A stretch of 60,730 nucleotides of DNA, filler included, from Sluysia triapertura (Eukaryota), in assembly GCA_046118255.1 (NCBI GenBank). It is 5 parts of 5 records of this genome, joined end to end, with 100 filler letters (N's around TTAATTAATTAA, not from the genome) between each part and the next. Parts side by side here need not be neighbours in the genome. Positions count along the whole stretch, not along the records: positions 23,986 to 36,429 come from JBJNIA010108758.1; positions 36,530 to 49,484 come from JBJNIA010069396.1; 3 more parts are not named here. One strand, given 5' to 3'. Positions 26,779 to 38,822 of this stretch are shown in pieces; the first letter of the stretch is position 1; every line of letters starts with the position of its first letter. The translations under genes were made by a program, and so were the position numbers. The notes under the pieces were generated by a model. That model was given only the letters and a program-made list of their open reading frames with translations, searched no databases and was not told where the DNA came from.

Positions 26779-28077
26779 CTGAATGAAAATAATACATTAA
26801 TTTTATTTATTTATAATTGTAAATAGGTAATTTGATAAAATTGGATTTTTAATTATAACGGCAATTACTCCATTTAGATCAATGTTTACCTAATTTTCTA
26901 GATTTAAACCACATTGTAAATCTTTAAACTAATATGAAAAAGCAACCTCAAAAACAAATTCTGATAAGCATAATAGAAAAATAAGTTATGAAAATGTCAA
27001 TGTTTAGTTGAAAGTAAAAGTACGAATAAATAATTTTAAAAATTTAATTAATACGTTACTCAATGTACAATCAACTAATAATTTGTATGTTTATTGCTAG
27101 TATTTTTTTATTTTTTTGAAACTTAACGCAAAGGTACAATTTTATTTATTTTGAGAGGAAAGGCGAGTATATGTATCGACACGTAGCATCAATGCATATT
27201 CAATACAATGTGCGCGATAATTCAATAAATGTAATAATTTATTAAGATTTTATTATAAGACAATTCAAAGTAAAAACCAAACAACAAATAATAAAGTATT
27301 TAAATATTAAGTACAAATATTAATTTGTAATTTATTAAATTACCAAGAAAAATGCTTACAATTAAGGTTTATTTTAACACTTGCCTTACACAAACTGAAT
27401 AAACGAAAATAAAATTTTTGAATTGTACTTCATCTTTATAAATGGATTGTTTGCCAATTATTTTGTGTAATACAAATTGGATAATTACTATGTAAATCAT
27501 TTAATATTTTAGTATCTTTAATTCTTATTTTATTTGGCCTTAATTCCACCTATCCGATATCGAATACAATAAAATGTATTACCTTATCTATTTTATCTAC
27601 AGTTAATAACATTGCAAAATAATTATAAACAATTATAATTTTGATTAAATAAGCATTATTTTACTTATATATTATTAACTTGTATTGACCGGTATCTATT
27701 TAATCACATACTTTTATAACGGTCCAATAACCCAAATATACTTTAAAATATTTATAGGGTTATTAAATGTTTAAATTCAAATGTAGTAAGACTTAAGAAA
27801 GTATAAGACCTTCTAAATCCCTTAATATCTAATAAGTAGTATTTCTTTCGACACTTCTTTATTCTTTTAAGAAAACGTATCCAAACTTTTAATCAAAATT
27901 CTTAACAAATAGAAGTATTTTATTTTGAAACATTTATTGAGTAAATAATATTTTCATTTACATACTTATTTCTACTTTTTCATTGTTTATCTTATTTTAA
28001 AAATAAGAAAATTTCATCTTGATTCATGTTTATAAAAAAATAAAATTTTTAAATTTTGTTTAAATATTTAATGTTAA

Positions 28078-29147
28078 ATGGCAACAGAAGTTTTAAAAAA
28101 TATGTCGACATTTGTTAAATCGATTTTTTTGTCAATTCTTCAAAACTTTGTGATTATATTCTTATTTGTACCTGAATTAGTAATGTATATGGACTACAAT
28201 CGTGATAATGGAAATCAAAATCCAGAATTCAATGTCATCATACAAGATCTTAAAGTTAATACAAAATTCTCAAATAATTATCGGTCCGTTATAATCATAT
28301 CGAAATTTTATTGCGTTCGTATTATCGATGATACCGATTTAAAATATACCCATTTGATAAACTTACTAGATGTTGGGAACGTTTCGGTATGGTGAGTTTA
28401 AGATAAACGCTTATCAAAAACGCAATCACAAGCAAACCTCAACACAATCCAACACATTTCTCATAAATAAAAACATATAACACAAAACAACAAATCAAGG
28501 CACAAACACAACTTTTATAATATTAATAATTATAGACGATTTTACAATCAAATTTTAACATTATTGTTGTGTTATTGTTATTTGTAAACTTTCTAATTTT
28601 GTGTTTTCTATTTGTTGCGGTTAATGTTTTTCAATTTAGTCTTATGTACTGGTAAATATGTTGCCATTTTATTTTTACAAGTCATTTCATTTCCATTATT
28701 GTTTATCTTGCTTTGACTTATATTGATCCTGGTTACGTAAATGAAATGGATTGTGAATCTGCAATAATTAAAAAAGAAAAAAAGCAATGTCGAAGGGATA
28801 AATATAGATTTTGTATGCTTTTCAAACAAAACATTGCAATGCATGTGGTAAATGCGTCAAGAAATATAACCATCACTGTTCTTGGATTGGCAATTGTATC
28901 GGTGCAGATAATTATTCAATTTTTGTCATTTTTATCACATTTGAACTTATATTTATATTTATTATATTTGTTATCAATTTGTCCAATCAAAAACTTCATT
29001 ATTAATAATCGTTTCTCTTTATCAAATTGGTTTCAAGTAATTTGTTTATTCAGTGGTTGCCTCTTACTTTTATTTATAGTACAACATTGTGGTACATATC
29101 CGAAACCAATTAATTTAAACATAAATCCATTTCATCAGAGTTATTGA
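28078..29147 (+). pseudogene. ZDHHC palmitoyltransferase (ZDHHC12-like), frameshifted
   Basis: IDPGYVN in one frame; TKHCNACGKCVKKYNHHCSWIGNCIGADNY plus a TM segment in another. DHHC reads NHHC and the first CxxC is damaged. The 5' extent (ORF at 28078) is uncertain. Confidence 0.8.
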
Positions 29148-31255
29148 ATTTTTACCAATTTTTTTAATCATCAATATCCTAATAATTGGAACGTTTTGTA
29201 TCAAAAACGTTACTAAAAAGACAAAACAACACTCATGCACTCATAAAAAAGTTGGAAAAAAGTGTGTAACTGAAGACGAAGATGATGATAAAACGGTAAC
29301 AGCAAGTAAGAATGCGGTGCATTAGTAGTTAATATAAATTATAATTTTATCAAAAAGATTATTCAGTCATGTAGAAAGTATGTTGAGTTATAATTGTTGA
29401 TATTGTTTTTATGAAGACAAATTTTTATTATTTATTTAATGTTTAAATATTATTTTTATTATAATAATATAAAATAAAAAATATATTTAAAGTTAAATAA
29501 AATGTATGTGTGTAAAATATAAATTTAACATAAAACATTGCTTATATTTAAAATTTAAAGCTAAAAATAAAATATTTAATATTTCTTTATTTTAACAAAT
29601 TAAAAAAATATAATTTTGTTTTGTTGAAACAGAGAAATAAATGGCTGCCTAAATTTCACATAAATAGGGAAATTTAGACGAAAATCAGAACAATTTTTAA
29701 ACAGAAATTAGTAACAAAATTTGCTGGAAAAATTCGGACAATTTCCTTTTCAATTCTATGGATGTAAGTTTATTTTTATAAGTTTAAAGGGAAGGACCTA
29801 AAATCAACTTAATATTATTTTTAATTTTGATGCTAAACCGTAATAAGGCTAAGCTCAACAGTGACTTAAAATTATATAAATATCAGATTCGTCTGATTAT
29901 TATTAAAATATTATATTTGTTTTATAATTCGTTTTGTATAAATTTGAATACTGCCTGATAATATACGTTAAGATTTTATTTTTTATATAGACCGTAAAAA
30001 GACTAGCTTAACTTTTAAAAGACATACTTATTTTGTTAGACTGTAAAAGGTTAACTTAAAATATAATTTTATTATATTTTGAATAGATTTGTCATAAATA
30101 AATACTACGATCTTAAAAGTTTTATAAACTTCTACGTGACTATTCTTAAACTTAAAATATTACGTGACTAAATTTATTGTCAAAATCCAAATTAGAAGGC
30201 CTTCGTTCAAATATAAGTCATTTCAGTTAGCCCAACTCATCTCCAGAATCTTTTTGCAAGCACAAGTTAAGTTTCCTTAGATAAAATACTTGCACTTAAA
30301 TCACCTTAACATTATACTAGATTGCTTATTTAAACTTTCGTTACGTATACTTGTGAATGTCAAAGAGAATTACTTACCACGACCGTTCAAATGACCTTTT
30401 TTAGTTTTTACTTTAGAAAATACTCTGAAATTGTATTGTTTTTTACCATTTTATAATGTGACTTAATTTCATAAATAATTTTATATACAGGTCAAATAAC
30501 CGATGATGGTATGAATAGGTACATTTGGTGTAAAACAAACATTATTATTAAAAGTAGTACAACTGTGATAAAACTTTTCATGCTTTAATATGTTTACGCG
30601 ACATAATAAAAAAATTAGTATTTTAATGATTTGGATATCAATTATAGCAATAACAATGAAAAATTGAGAAATTGATTGTTTAAAAAAAATTTGTCGAAAA
30701 AATGAAAACTGCAAAAATTATTGGATGCTTATATGGACAAATGAGTGGTTTTATACGATATCAAAATACACAGTTATGAATCACGAAAGGAATACGATTA
30801 AATGAAATGATTAATGGAATCGACAAGAAAACAACCATTTATTTTTGTAAATCCAGTTAAAGTTAAATTGTACGATAATCTCAAGCACGAAATAAGTGAA
30901 ATGATTATATTTGATTACATCAACGATTTAGATTCAATTTATGAATTATCATGGGAACAAATAATTTCTTTTTATTCCGTTACAATAGATTATTTAGTTA
31001 TTATGTTGCTGTCCTGGCAAGCAATGAAATCTAATCCTACACCAAAAACGAGCGCTAATTCCACTATAGGTTGTAATTATAAATTGATAAATTATAAATT
31101 GTAATTATAATTATAATTATAATATTGAAACAACATTATTGATGTTATTTATATTTATTAAATTTAATGTATTTTGGTATATTGAAATGTTCAACTGTTT
31201 GTTTTTTCATTATTGAGAGAAATAAAGTGAATAGAATAAATGTTTAAATTAAAAC

Positions 31256-32259
31256 TGTGAATTCACCAACGTACTGGACTTACCGGCGATGGCCAGCCGT
31301 TGGATTTGGTAAAATAAAAGTATGGAGGTTAAGTCAAATTTTAGAATGTTCGTTGTTTAGAATGTTATCTATTAATTATTAGTAATTTATACAATTTATT
31401 CAGAAAATTTAAATGTAAATTTTTCGTAGATCCTTTGAAATAGGATCGAAATGATTAGTTTTCGTTGTTAGATTTATATTCTAACAAAATCCAATTGACG
31501 AATGATTTTGCTTTCAATTAAAACTATGTAAATTAATTCAAATTAAGAAAAATAAATCGTAAGGTTTATTATTAAAAATGTTGTGTATATATAAAAAAGG
31601 TATACTTAAGAATTAATCAAATTCTTTTGCTCAGTAATTATTTTAGTTAAAAGTTTACAATGAATCTATTATAAGATTCGAAATGATTTACAAATATGAT
31701 TTTTAGTCAGATTTTGTGTGGATATCTTATCGATATCGACTTCTATAAAAATAAACTAACTACAATAATGGAAAATTGAATAAAATTTCTTGAAGTCACG
31801 ATTAGCTTGGCAGGATTGGAATGAAGATATATTCGTTGATAACATAGAGTTAATCTTTGTAGAAAATCGGTTAAAAGGATATATGTCAGACTAAAACAAA
31901 ACTAATATTTTATTTATTAAAACTAATGATTTTTGTGATAAAATCAGTTTTTAATTAAATATAATTTTTATTAATAATTTAAAAATAATTAAAATCTTAT
32001 TAAAATTGATTAATTCCTTTAATTCAAATACAAATCCTTTAATAATAAATTCAAATACAATAATTAATAAATTCAAATAATCATTAAACAGTTTAAAATA
32101 AAATCAATAGTTATTCAAAAATAAATCGATAATTATGTAATTGTGTTTATATAAATAATCAGTAAAGCACAAATCAGAAATCACTTCAGTTTTTAAAAAC
32201 ATTTTATAAATCCAATGGCTGGCCCTAACTGGTAAGTCCAGTACGTTGGTGGGCTCACC
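31256..32259. mobile_element. ~1-kb non-autonomous DNA transposon with ~55-bp imperfect TIRs
   Basis: CACCAACGTACTGGACTTACC.G...GGCCAGCC.TTGGATTT at ~31264 is inverted at ~32208-32251. AT-rich non-coding interior. Confidence 0.85.
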
Positions 32260-32789
32260 TTAAAATTTTTGCTTTATTCTATCGTATCTTCACTTTACTT
32301 TTCCAACAACAACAACAATAATAATAATAACGATAATCACGGAATCCATGATAAAACATTGATAACCTCTGCTGTTATTGTGACCCAAAATAAACATATT
32401 GATAATTTTCCACATTCACTAATGAAAAATGATACGATTAATGAAAATATTAATGAAAATGCTAGAACTTTAATAATACTAATAATAATAAAGTATGGGT
32501 TTTGAGAATAAAGTCAAGAATAAAGATTATAACATGACTTCACACACCAAACAGATCACATTACTTATAATCCTTGCTGTTCACTAATTCCACAAATAAT
32601 AACATTAAACACATTGTGTCATATAAATAATATATTGCAAAATAAGTATCTAAGTAATTTTTATAACAACAATTACGATTATCCTCACCAATCTTATAAT
32701 AATTATAATTTTCTTTTTTGTTTTATTGGAATTTCTTTCAATTTTACATTTATTTATTTACATTTTATTCATCTTAATTTGAGCAATCT

Positions 32790-33357
32790 CGGGCCGAAGA
32801 AAAAGATAATATAAGTTACGTAAGTGATAACGAAGATAACTATAAAATAGAGATTTTATGAAAATTGAATCCCCAAGATTTGAGCATAAGAACTCTAATT
32901 TTAATACTGAATATGATAATAATTTAGATTATCGAGTAAATAGTTATAATACTACTAATCCTAATTTTAGAGGAAATAATTCTAATTACAGAGGTGACAA
33001 TTTTAATAGAGGAAATAATTTTAGAACAAATAGAGCTCCAAGGTATGATGATTCTCGAGGAGTTAGAAGTAATTTTAGAAAAGATAACTCTCCAGCTTTT
33101 AGAAATAATAATTTTGGTTTTAGAGGTAATAAAAGAACCTCAAACTTCAACAGTTACGAACAAAGACCTGCACCGCATAGGCCAAGTTCGGCCGGTGAAT
33201 ATTTTGATCGACAAAATAATAGTAGTAACACTAGAAGTAGGAGCCCTGATAAACTTAATGATAATAATCACTATAAGGCTTAGACAAACAAGAAGGGAAT
33301 GTAATATTTAATAACTGTGGTAAGCAAGGTCACTATGCTAAAAATTGTAGGAGTTAA
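32790..33357 (+). mobile_element. Retroelement gag-like remnant: N/R/G-rich region plus CCHC zinc knuckle
   Basis: ORF 32858-33283 carries NFRG-type repeats. 33301-33354 reads VIFNNCGKQGHYAKNCRS, i.e. Cx2Cx4Hx4C with the first Cys read as TTT. Confidence 0.75.
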
Positions 33358-34369
33358 GAGCTTACACCTTTAATCATAATCTTACTAAAATGCAAAATTA
33401 TTCGAGAGGGACAGGTTCTGATAGAAAACTAAGATTTAATGACCTTAAGAATAAGAGTAAGGGACAAATAAATTATAATTATAATAAAATGAGAAATAAT
33501 TATGACAAAGAAATGCACGGAAATTATGATACTGAAGAAGAAAACTATGGGAGAGCGATGGAATATAATAAAAGACATAAAGACGGATTTATTAATGAGT
33601 TTTCCAGAAAAGTAGATGATGACGATGATGATGAAAATGAATATAAATATAATAGACAAAAGGAAGATGAAGATGCATTCATAAATTATATGTACACATA
33701 TTATCTTGAATATTTAAAAAGAAAACAAGAGTTGAAAGACAGGGAGTTATAATAGGAAAAAGATGCACTTTAAGTGAATAATAAAAATCAAATGGATGAC
33801 AATAGTGACAATTCGAGTTTAACATCAGGTAAGAGAAGTGATACTGATTCGATTACCACTGAGGAAAATGATTCGAATGACACCACTGCGTTCAATTTTG
33901 GAAAAGATAACATAACAGATACGAAATCGATAACAAGTAAATATCTCGAAACAAATTCAACAATCAATGAAGAAGAAAGTTAGAGTATAACCGAAGATGA
34001 AGGTTCAAATACAAATGAAATTAGTAATTCGAATACAAGCAATGAATTTAGTCTAGAAAGCGAAAGCGAAAGCGAACCGGAACCAATAATAGTATCTGTC
34101 AATGAGGAAAATAAAGAAATTATATTAGAATTAATTACAAATAAAGAAGTTAATGCATTTCTTTCATGTTTAAATAAGGACCGACCAAAAACAGAAGATA
34201 TTTAAATTAATTTAGAAAATTTAAGTAAATCCGACTTAAGTTTACAAAATGGCCATAAAAATAAGTCCTTTTAGTTGCGTGAAGTAGAGAAGAGAGTCCT
34301 CATAAAGTTAAAGGAAGACTATTAAAGAAAACTGCACTTATAGAGAGAAATGAAACACCATCAACCTTA

Positions 34370-34590
34370 ATGAATACTAAAATATTAATTAATGATTCAA
34401 TAAATGTAGTAATGGAACTGCCTCTCACTACGAAAGTCAAAGAAATTATAGAGCTAATTAAGATGAATGACTCTAATACTAGGTTGTCCATTTATATTTT
34501 GTTTATAAAAATCTGGCGCCCAATGATTTTTTAAATGATTATAGTTACCCTCTTGGAATTCATAATGATATATTAAAAGCTACTATTGTT
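34370..34590 (+). pseudogene. Ubiquitin-like domain (one frameshift) inside the gag-glycoprotein element
   Basis: MNTKILINDSINVVMELPLTTKVKEIIELIK aligns ungapped to the hydrophobic pattern of ubiquitin 1-31. After a shift near 34485, HLYFVYKNLAPNDFLNDY aligns to RLIFAGKQLEDGRTLSDY. Confidence 0.55.
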
Positions 34591-35291
34591 TATGATACAT
34601 CCCTTAGTTATTCTACTCCTAATAAAGTTAATATAGATATAAATGAAAATAAAGTTAAGAATAATGTTATTATTGATACAGATAATGAACAGCCAGATTA
34701 CATAATAGATTTAAATGATATATTTAAATAAAAGAGACATTAAATAAGGAAACAAATACTCTCAAAAGAAGACCAGGCAGACCCAGAAAAGAAGAATGTA
34801 GTCATCAATTAATAACTTCTAATAGTGTTAATAGGAATACTTTAGACTTAACGAAAATTATTTGTAATGGCGATAAAATTGAAATAGATACAAGTTTAAT
34901 TTATGCTTTATTGTCGGATATATTTGATAATTTTGGTAAGTATAAAATATTGTTACCTAAGATTAAGGATTATAGAAGTGCAATTACTCAGTTAACACAA
35001 CAATTAGGGGAAAATATAGAGATAAGGATATAAGTGATTATATAGATACAGGGCATATAAGTTAGTAAGAGATAAACAAATTAATACTGGATTAAATAGA
35101 CAAAAGCTCAACATCATCATTGCCTATACATTGTTCCAATGCGATAAAGCGAAACTTCTTACTAAAGAAAAAGTAGATAAAATAATAAATTTCATAGACA
35201 AAAAACTTAATAGACAAAAATATAATTAAAGAAAGAGACTAATGAAACTCTCAATAGGTTCACAAATATATTAGGAAATAATAATAACCTA

Positions 35292-36429
35292 TTGAATAAT
35301 ATACTGCCTAAATTAGGTAATTCGACTAATAATATGTTATTTGGAATTATTTTGCTTGCCATGTTTGGCATAAATAAGACAAATGGAATTAAGGCATTTG
35401 ATTGCAGTAGGCCTCACGTACGTAGAAAATTTTCATTACTCGACACAGATGATTGCCCGGAATCACGACCCAATAGAGTAATCATTAAGATAGTAAGATA
35501 CTTAATGTGCATCAAGAAGGCAATTTAATAACAACTATAGTAAGAGAATGTTCGGTTAAACGATCAATCGTAATATGGTATTGTGGACATCATAGCCACT
35601 CATTGATTATTGATATATCAAACGTTTTAAAACCTTTTAAGATATCACCCAATAATTGTAGAGATGCATTCGAAACCGGCTGCATAAATTTAAATAAGGG
35701 AGATAAGTTAAAAATAAAAGATAATGAAAAGATTATTTATAACGTAAAGACAGAAGGAAATGTATTACTAGATGAAACGTGTGAAAGAGGTTCTAGAATA
35801 TGAAGGTAAATTATATCATAACGTCGTTGCACAAGAAACATACTTAGTAAGTCTGAAAACTTAATGAAAGTTTCGATAGAGAAAAAGGTACTATGATCTC
35901 GCGTTCATTTTGTAAAATAGATCAAACTAGCTGCGACGCAAGAAAATCTATATTACTCTGAATTATATAATATTTCTAAAACAAATTAAGTTTAATATTG
36001 GATCAGGATTTGTATTTCAAAATGATCACGAAATACCTATTGAGGAATTAAGTAAGAAACAAACAGATAAGGAAAATTTAGAAAGACAAAGACTAAAGGA
36101 GATAGAAACTCTTACAAGTCTTATGGCAAATAAGGAAGAAGATGGTTTAATATTTATGTCAAAAAATTCAATCATTAGATGTGGTAAGGAAATAACAGAA
36201 ACTAACTATCAAGGTATTTATTTGCCTGAACCTAAAAATCTAAAATTAAACGCATATTTCAACAATAAGATTGACTTTTACTATTATTTAGGACTAATGT
36301 CGCTAAAAAAGTTTATCAAGCAATTATAATAAGAGATTGTCAACTAAATAAGGAAATTTTACGAACTAAGTTAGCGATTGCAATTACTAATCCTAATCTA
36401 GTAGCATCACTTTTACCTTTAGAAGAAGG
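35292..36429 (+). pseudogene. Chuvirus-like envelope glycoprotein, frameshifted and truncated at the linker
   Basis: Signal-like LFGIILLAMFG, then AFDC..FSLLDTDDCP, ECSVKRSIVIWYCGHHSH, ISPNNCRDAFETG, LNAYFNNKIDF and DCQLNKEILRTKLAIAITNP. Same motif order as chuviral G (YDC..SLL..C, CG.xSH, AYxNSK, CxL..L.IA..P). Confidence 0.8.
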
Positions 36430-36529
36430 NNNNNNNNNNNNNNNNNNNNNNNNNNNNNNNNNNNNNNNNNNNNTTAATTAATTAANNNNNNNNNNNNNNN
36501 NNNNNNNNNNNNNNNNNNNNNNNNNNNNN
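36430..36529. other. Artificial assembly linker N44-TTAATTAATTAA-N44
   Basis: Same 100-nt structure as the other linkers. Confidence 0.97.
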
Positions 36530-36559
36530 TAATAATAATAATAAATAATTAATGACATT

Positions 36560-37420
36560 TAAGTACTTTCATTTAATCTATCAAAATGTATGAAAATAAC
36601 ATTGAAACATTTTGTTTAATAGAAACTTGGATTAATGATGATAAAATATTTAATTCATTATTCCCTCTAAATAGATATTTATTTTTTCATAAATACATAG
36701 AAAAATCAGATGGTGGTGATATTGGTGTTATAAAAAATAATCGAATAAGTCCCTAATTAATTGGCATTGTTCCAGTTAAATATAAATCATTTGAACATAT
36801 AAAATTAAGTATTACTGAAACAAATAAAATAATAATATTAATTTTTCTATAGACCACCAAGTAATTTAATTATATATTTTTAGATGAATTCCATGATTAT
36901 TTGGATATTATTTTAGGAAAAGCCAAAGAAGTTTTAATAAAAGGAGATTTATAAAAAATGAATGACGAATTTAGAACATTCATAGAATTACTAAATATAT
37001 TCAATTTAACGAACTGCGTGAATTTTATAACTCATAAATATGGAAATATATTAGATTTATTAAAAACCAATATTGGTAGAAATATTGTTACATATATTAA
37101 AGTGAATAATTTATTAGATATATCTGATCATTATATATTTAGGTTTAAAATAGAATTTAAGATTACAAATTGCGCTTGGTATAAAACATTGATATTGAAG
37201 AGCTGAGCGCAGACTTAAATTTTGCAGACTATGTAGATACGATGAGAAATTTATACAACAGAACATTATTCTTATTTTTAAACAAGCATGCACCTTTAAA
37301 GTACAAAATGTGGTGCGTTTATTATTGAGTTACGAAGAATAAAGCGCTGCAAAGAAAGGAAATGGAGAAGTAAAAAACTGACGAAATAAAGAATGAATAC
37401 AAAAAATCTCGTAATATATT
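36560..37420 (+). mobile_element. CR1/L2-like LINE ORF2, APE endonuclease remnant
   Basis: YQNV, IETW, GGDIG, YRPP, FLDEF, KGD(F/L), TH..GNILDL and ISDHY occur in order, then KHAPLK and ERKWR. Many stops and frameshifts. Confidence 0.88.
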
Positions 37421-37854
37421 ATTCCAAGCTATTAAAAAGAAGAAAGTGGATTATGGGGTATTTAGCGGATGTTATTAACAAATTATAGTGACTTAATGTA
37501 GTAAGAGATTTTGAGAGCGTTATTTCGTATGTGATATGCAAATTTTCATGTAGATCAACTCTCAGAAACTTACGTTTGTTTATATCATTGTTACATTTTA
37601 AAGAATCAAATACTTTAAATCTAGAGTTAGATGAATGTGAAGCTTTAGTGATTCCTCGTAATGTGATAGTGCATTTATAAATGATTTTAATGTAATAATT
37701 AAAATTTTCTTGCAAGATTATTTCTGGTACATCATTTATATACTGAGATAGTTTATTCTTGATTTTAATTTCAAAAAAAAGGAATGAATTAAATTTATTG
37801 GAAAACCTTTTTATTTTATCGAAATAAAAATAGAAGTTATAAAGATACGATGAA

Positions 37855-38403
37855 TTATAATTTATTGAACTTTGAAAATTGTAAAAAAATTGTGCAAATC
37901 AGCGACGGATTTAACAGATGGTTCAGCGTCTCTTCTTTCATGGATCCTTTTTCGCCTTGGCACAGATGAAAATTTCTAAAATATATGTTATACAGATAAT
38001 CAATGTTAAAAAGGTGAAAGATCAAATTAAATATTAATTTATTACTTCTAATGTTGAGAACTCTACTGTAAATCGAAACTTCGAATATACCATTAGCCCT
38101 GTTGATTAAAAACTGATGAGCATTCTCCGACGGATACCAATCTGATTTTCCATAAACTGCATCAATGGCGACATCCAAAATCTGGCAAAGATTCTCTGGC
38201 AGGTATAAGTTTGATTCCTCGTAAGTAGCGTAACAAGTAACATCTAGATTCTGATGAACATCTTCTGTTTCATTCATTAATATCCTAGGATCGTATCTAT
38301 CATCATTTACACTTTGCTTTACATCACTAATAAACGCTGACATTGTAGAATCGCATCTAACATTATTTACACTTTGCTTTAGGTCACTAATAAACGCTAA
38401 CAT
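37855..38403 (-). CDS. Unknown ORF with internal tandem repeats, downstream of an LTR
   Basis: 182-aa ORF with a 60-bp duplication (M[LS]AFISD[LV]KQSVN) and three weaker ~22-aa E[DN]xxQxL repeats. The 3' part may be intronic. Confidence 0.4.
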   Translation of the reverse strand: MLAFISDLKQSVNNVRCDSTMSAFISDVKQSVNDDRYDPRILMNETEDVHQNLDVTCYATYEESNLYLPENLCQILDVAIDAVYGKSDWYPSENAHQFLINRANGIFEVSIYSRVLNIRSNKLIFNLIFHLFNIDYLYNIYFRNFHLCQGEKGSMKEETLNHLLNPSLICTIFLQFSKFNKL

Positions 38404-38822
38404 TGTATAGGAGCTGCCGAAAATTAAAATAATTGAGACTTCTTTTTTCTAGTATATTAATTTTTTGTTTTTAAAATGGCTGTATATTGCATAAATTTTT
38501 GTTCGTTACTGTCTGAAAATTATTGTAATCACTCCTAAGAAAAGTAAAAATAAATGGCTGACTAATAAGTTGAATAATTGTGGTCTGAAAATTAATTTTT
38601 CATTGCTTATTTTTAATCCAATTGTCTTTGCCGAATAAAAATCTCTTAATTCCTCTTTGTCTCTTACTGATATCAATATTGTCTCCAATAATTGGGTATT
38701 TAATAAAGACAACTATGATTGGGTGTTTCAATTTTTAGTTTGTCTTATTTTTATCTCTGACTAATGAAAAATTTGTACTTTAATTGGTCTAATGATAATT
38801 ATTACATAATATGAATCAGTGT

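Noticed and set aside
30490-31104. Coding-like stretch including the 96-aa ORF at 30814
   Set aside because: Interrupted by stops and no recognisable family; cannot be supported beyond possible pseudogene.
21319-36429. Pseudo-USP ORF and the Ubl-containing element as one linked protease/substrate system
   Set aside because: They lie on different contigs across an artificial linker and on opposite strands, the USP-like ORF seems to lack catalytic residues, and the Ubl lacks GG.
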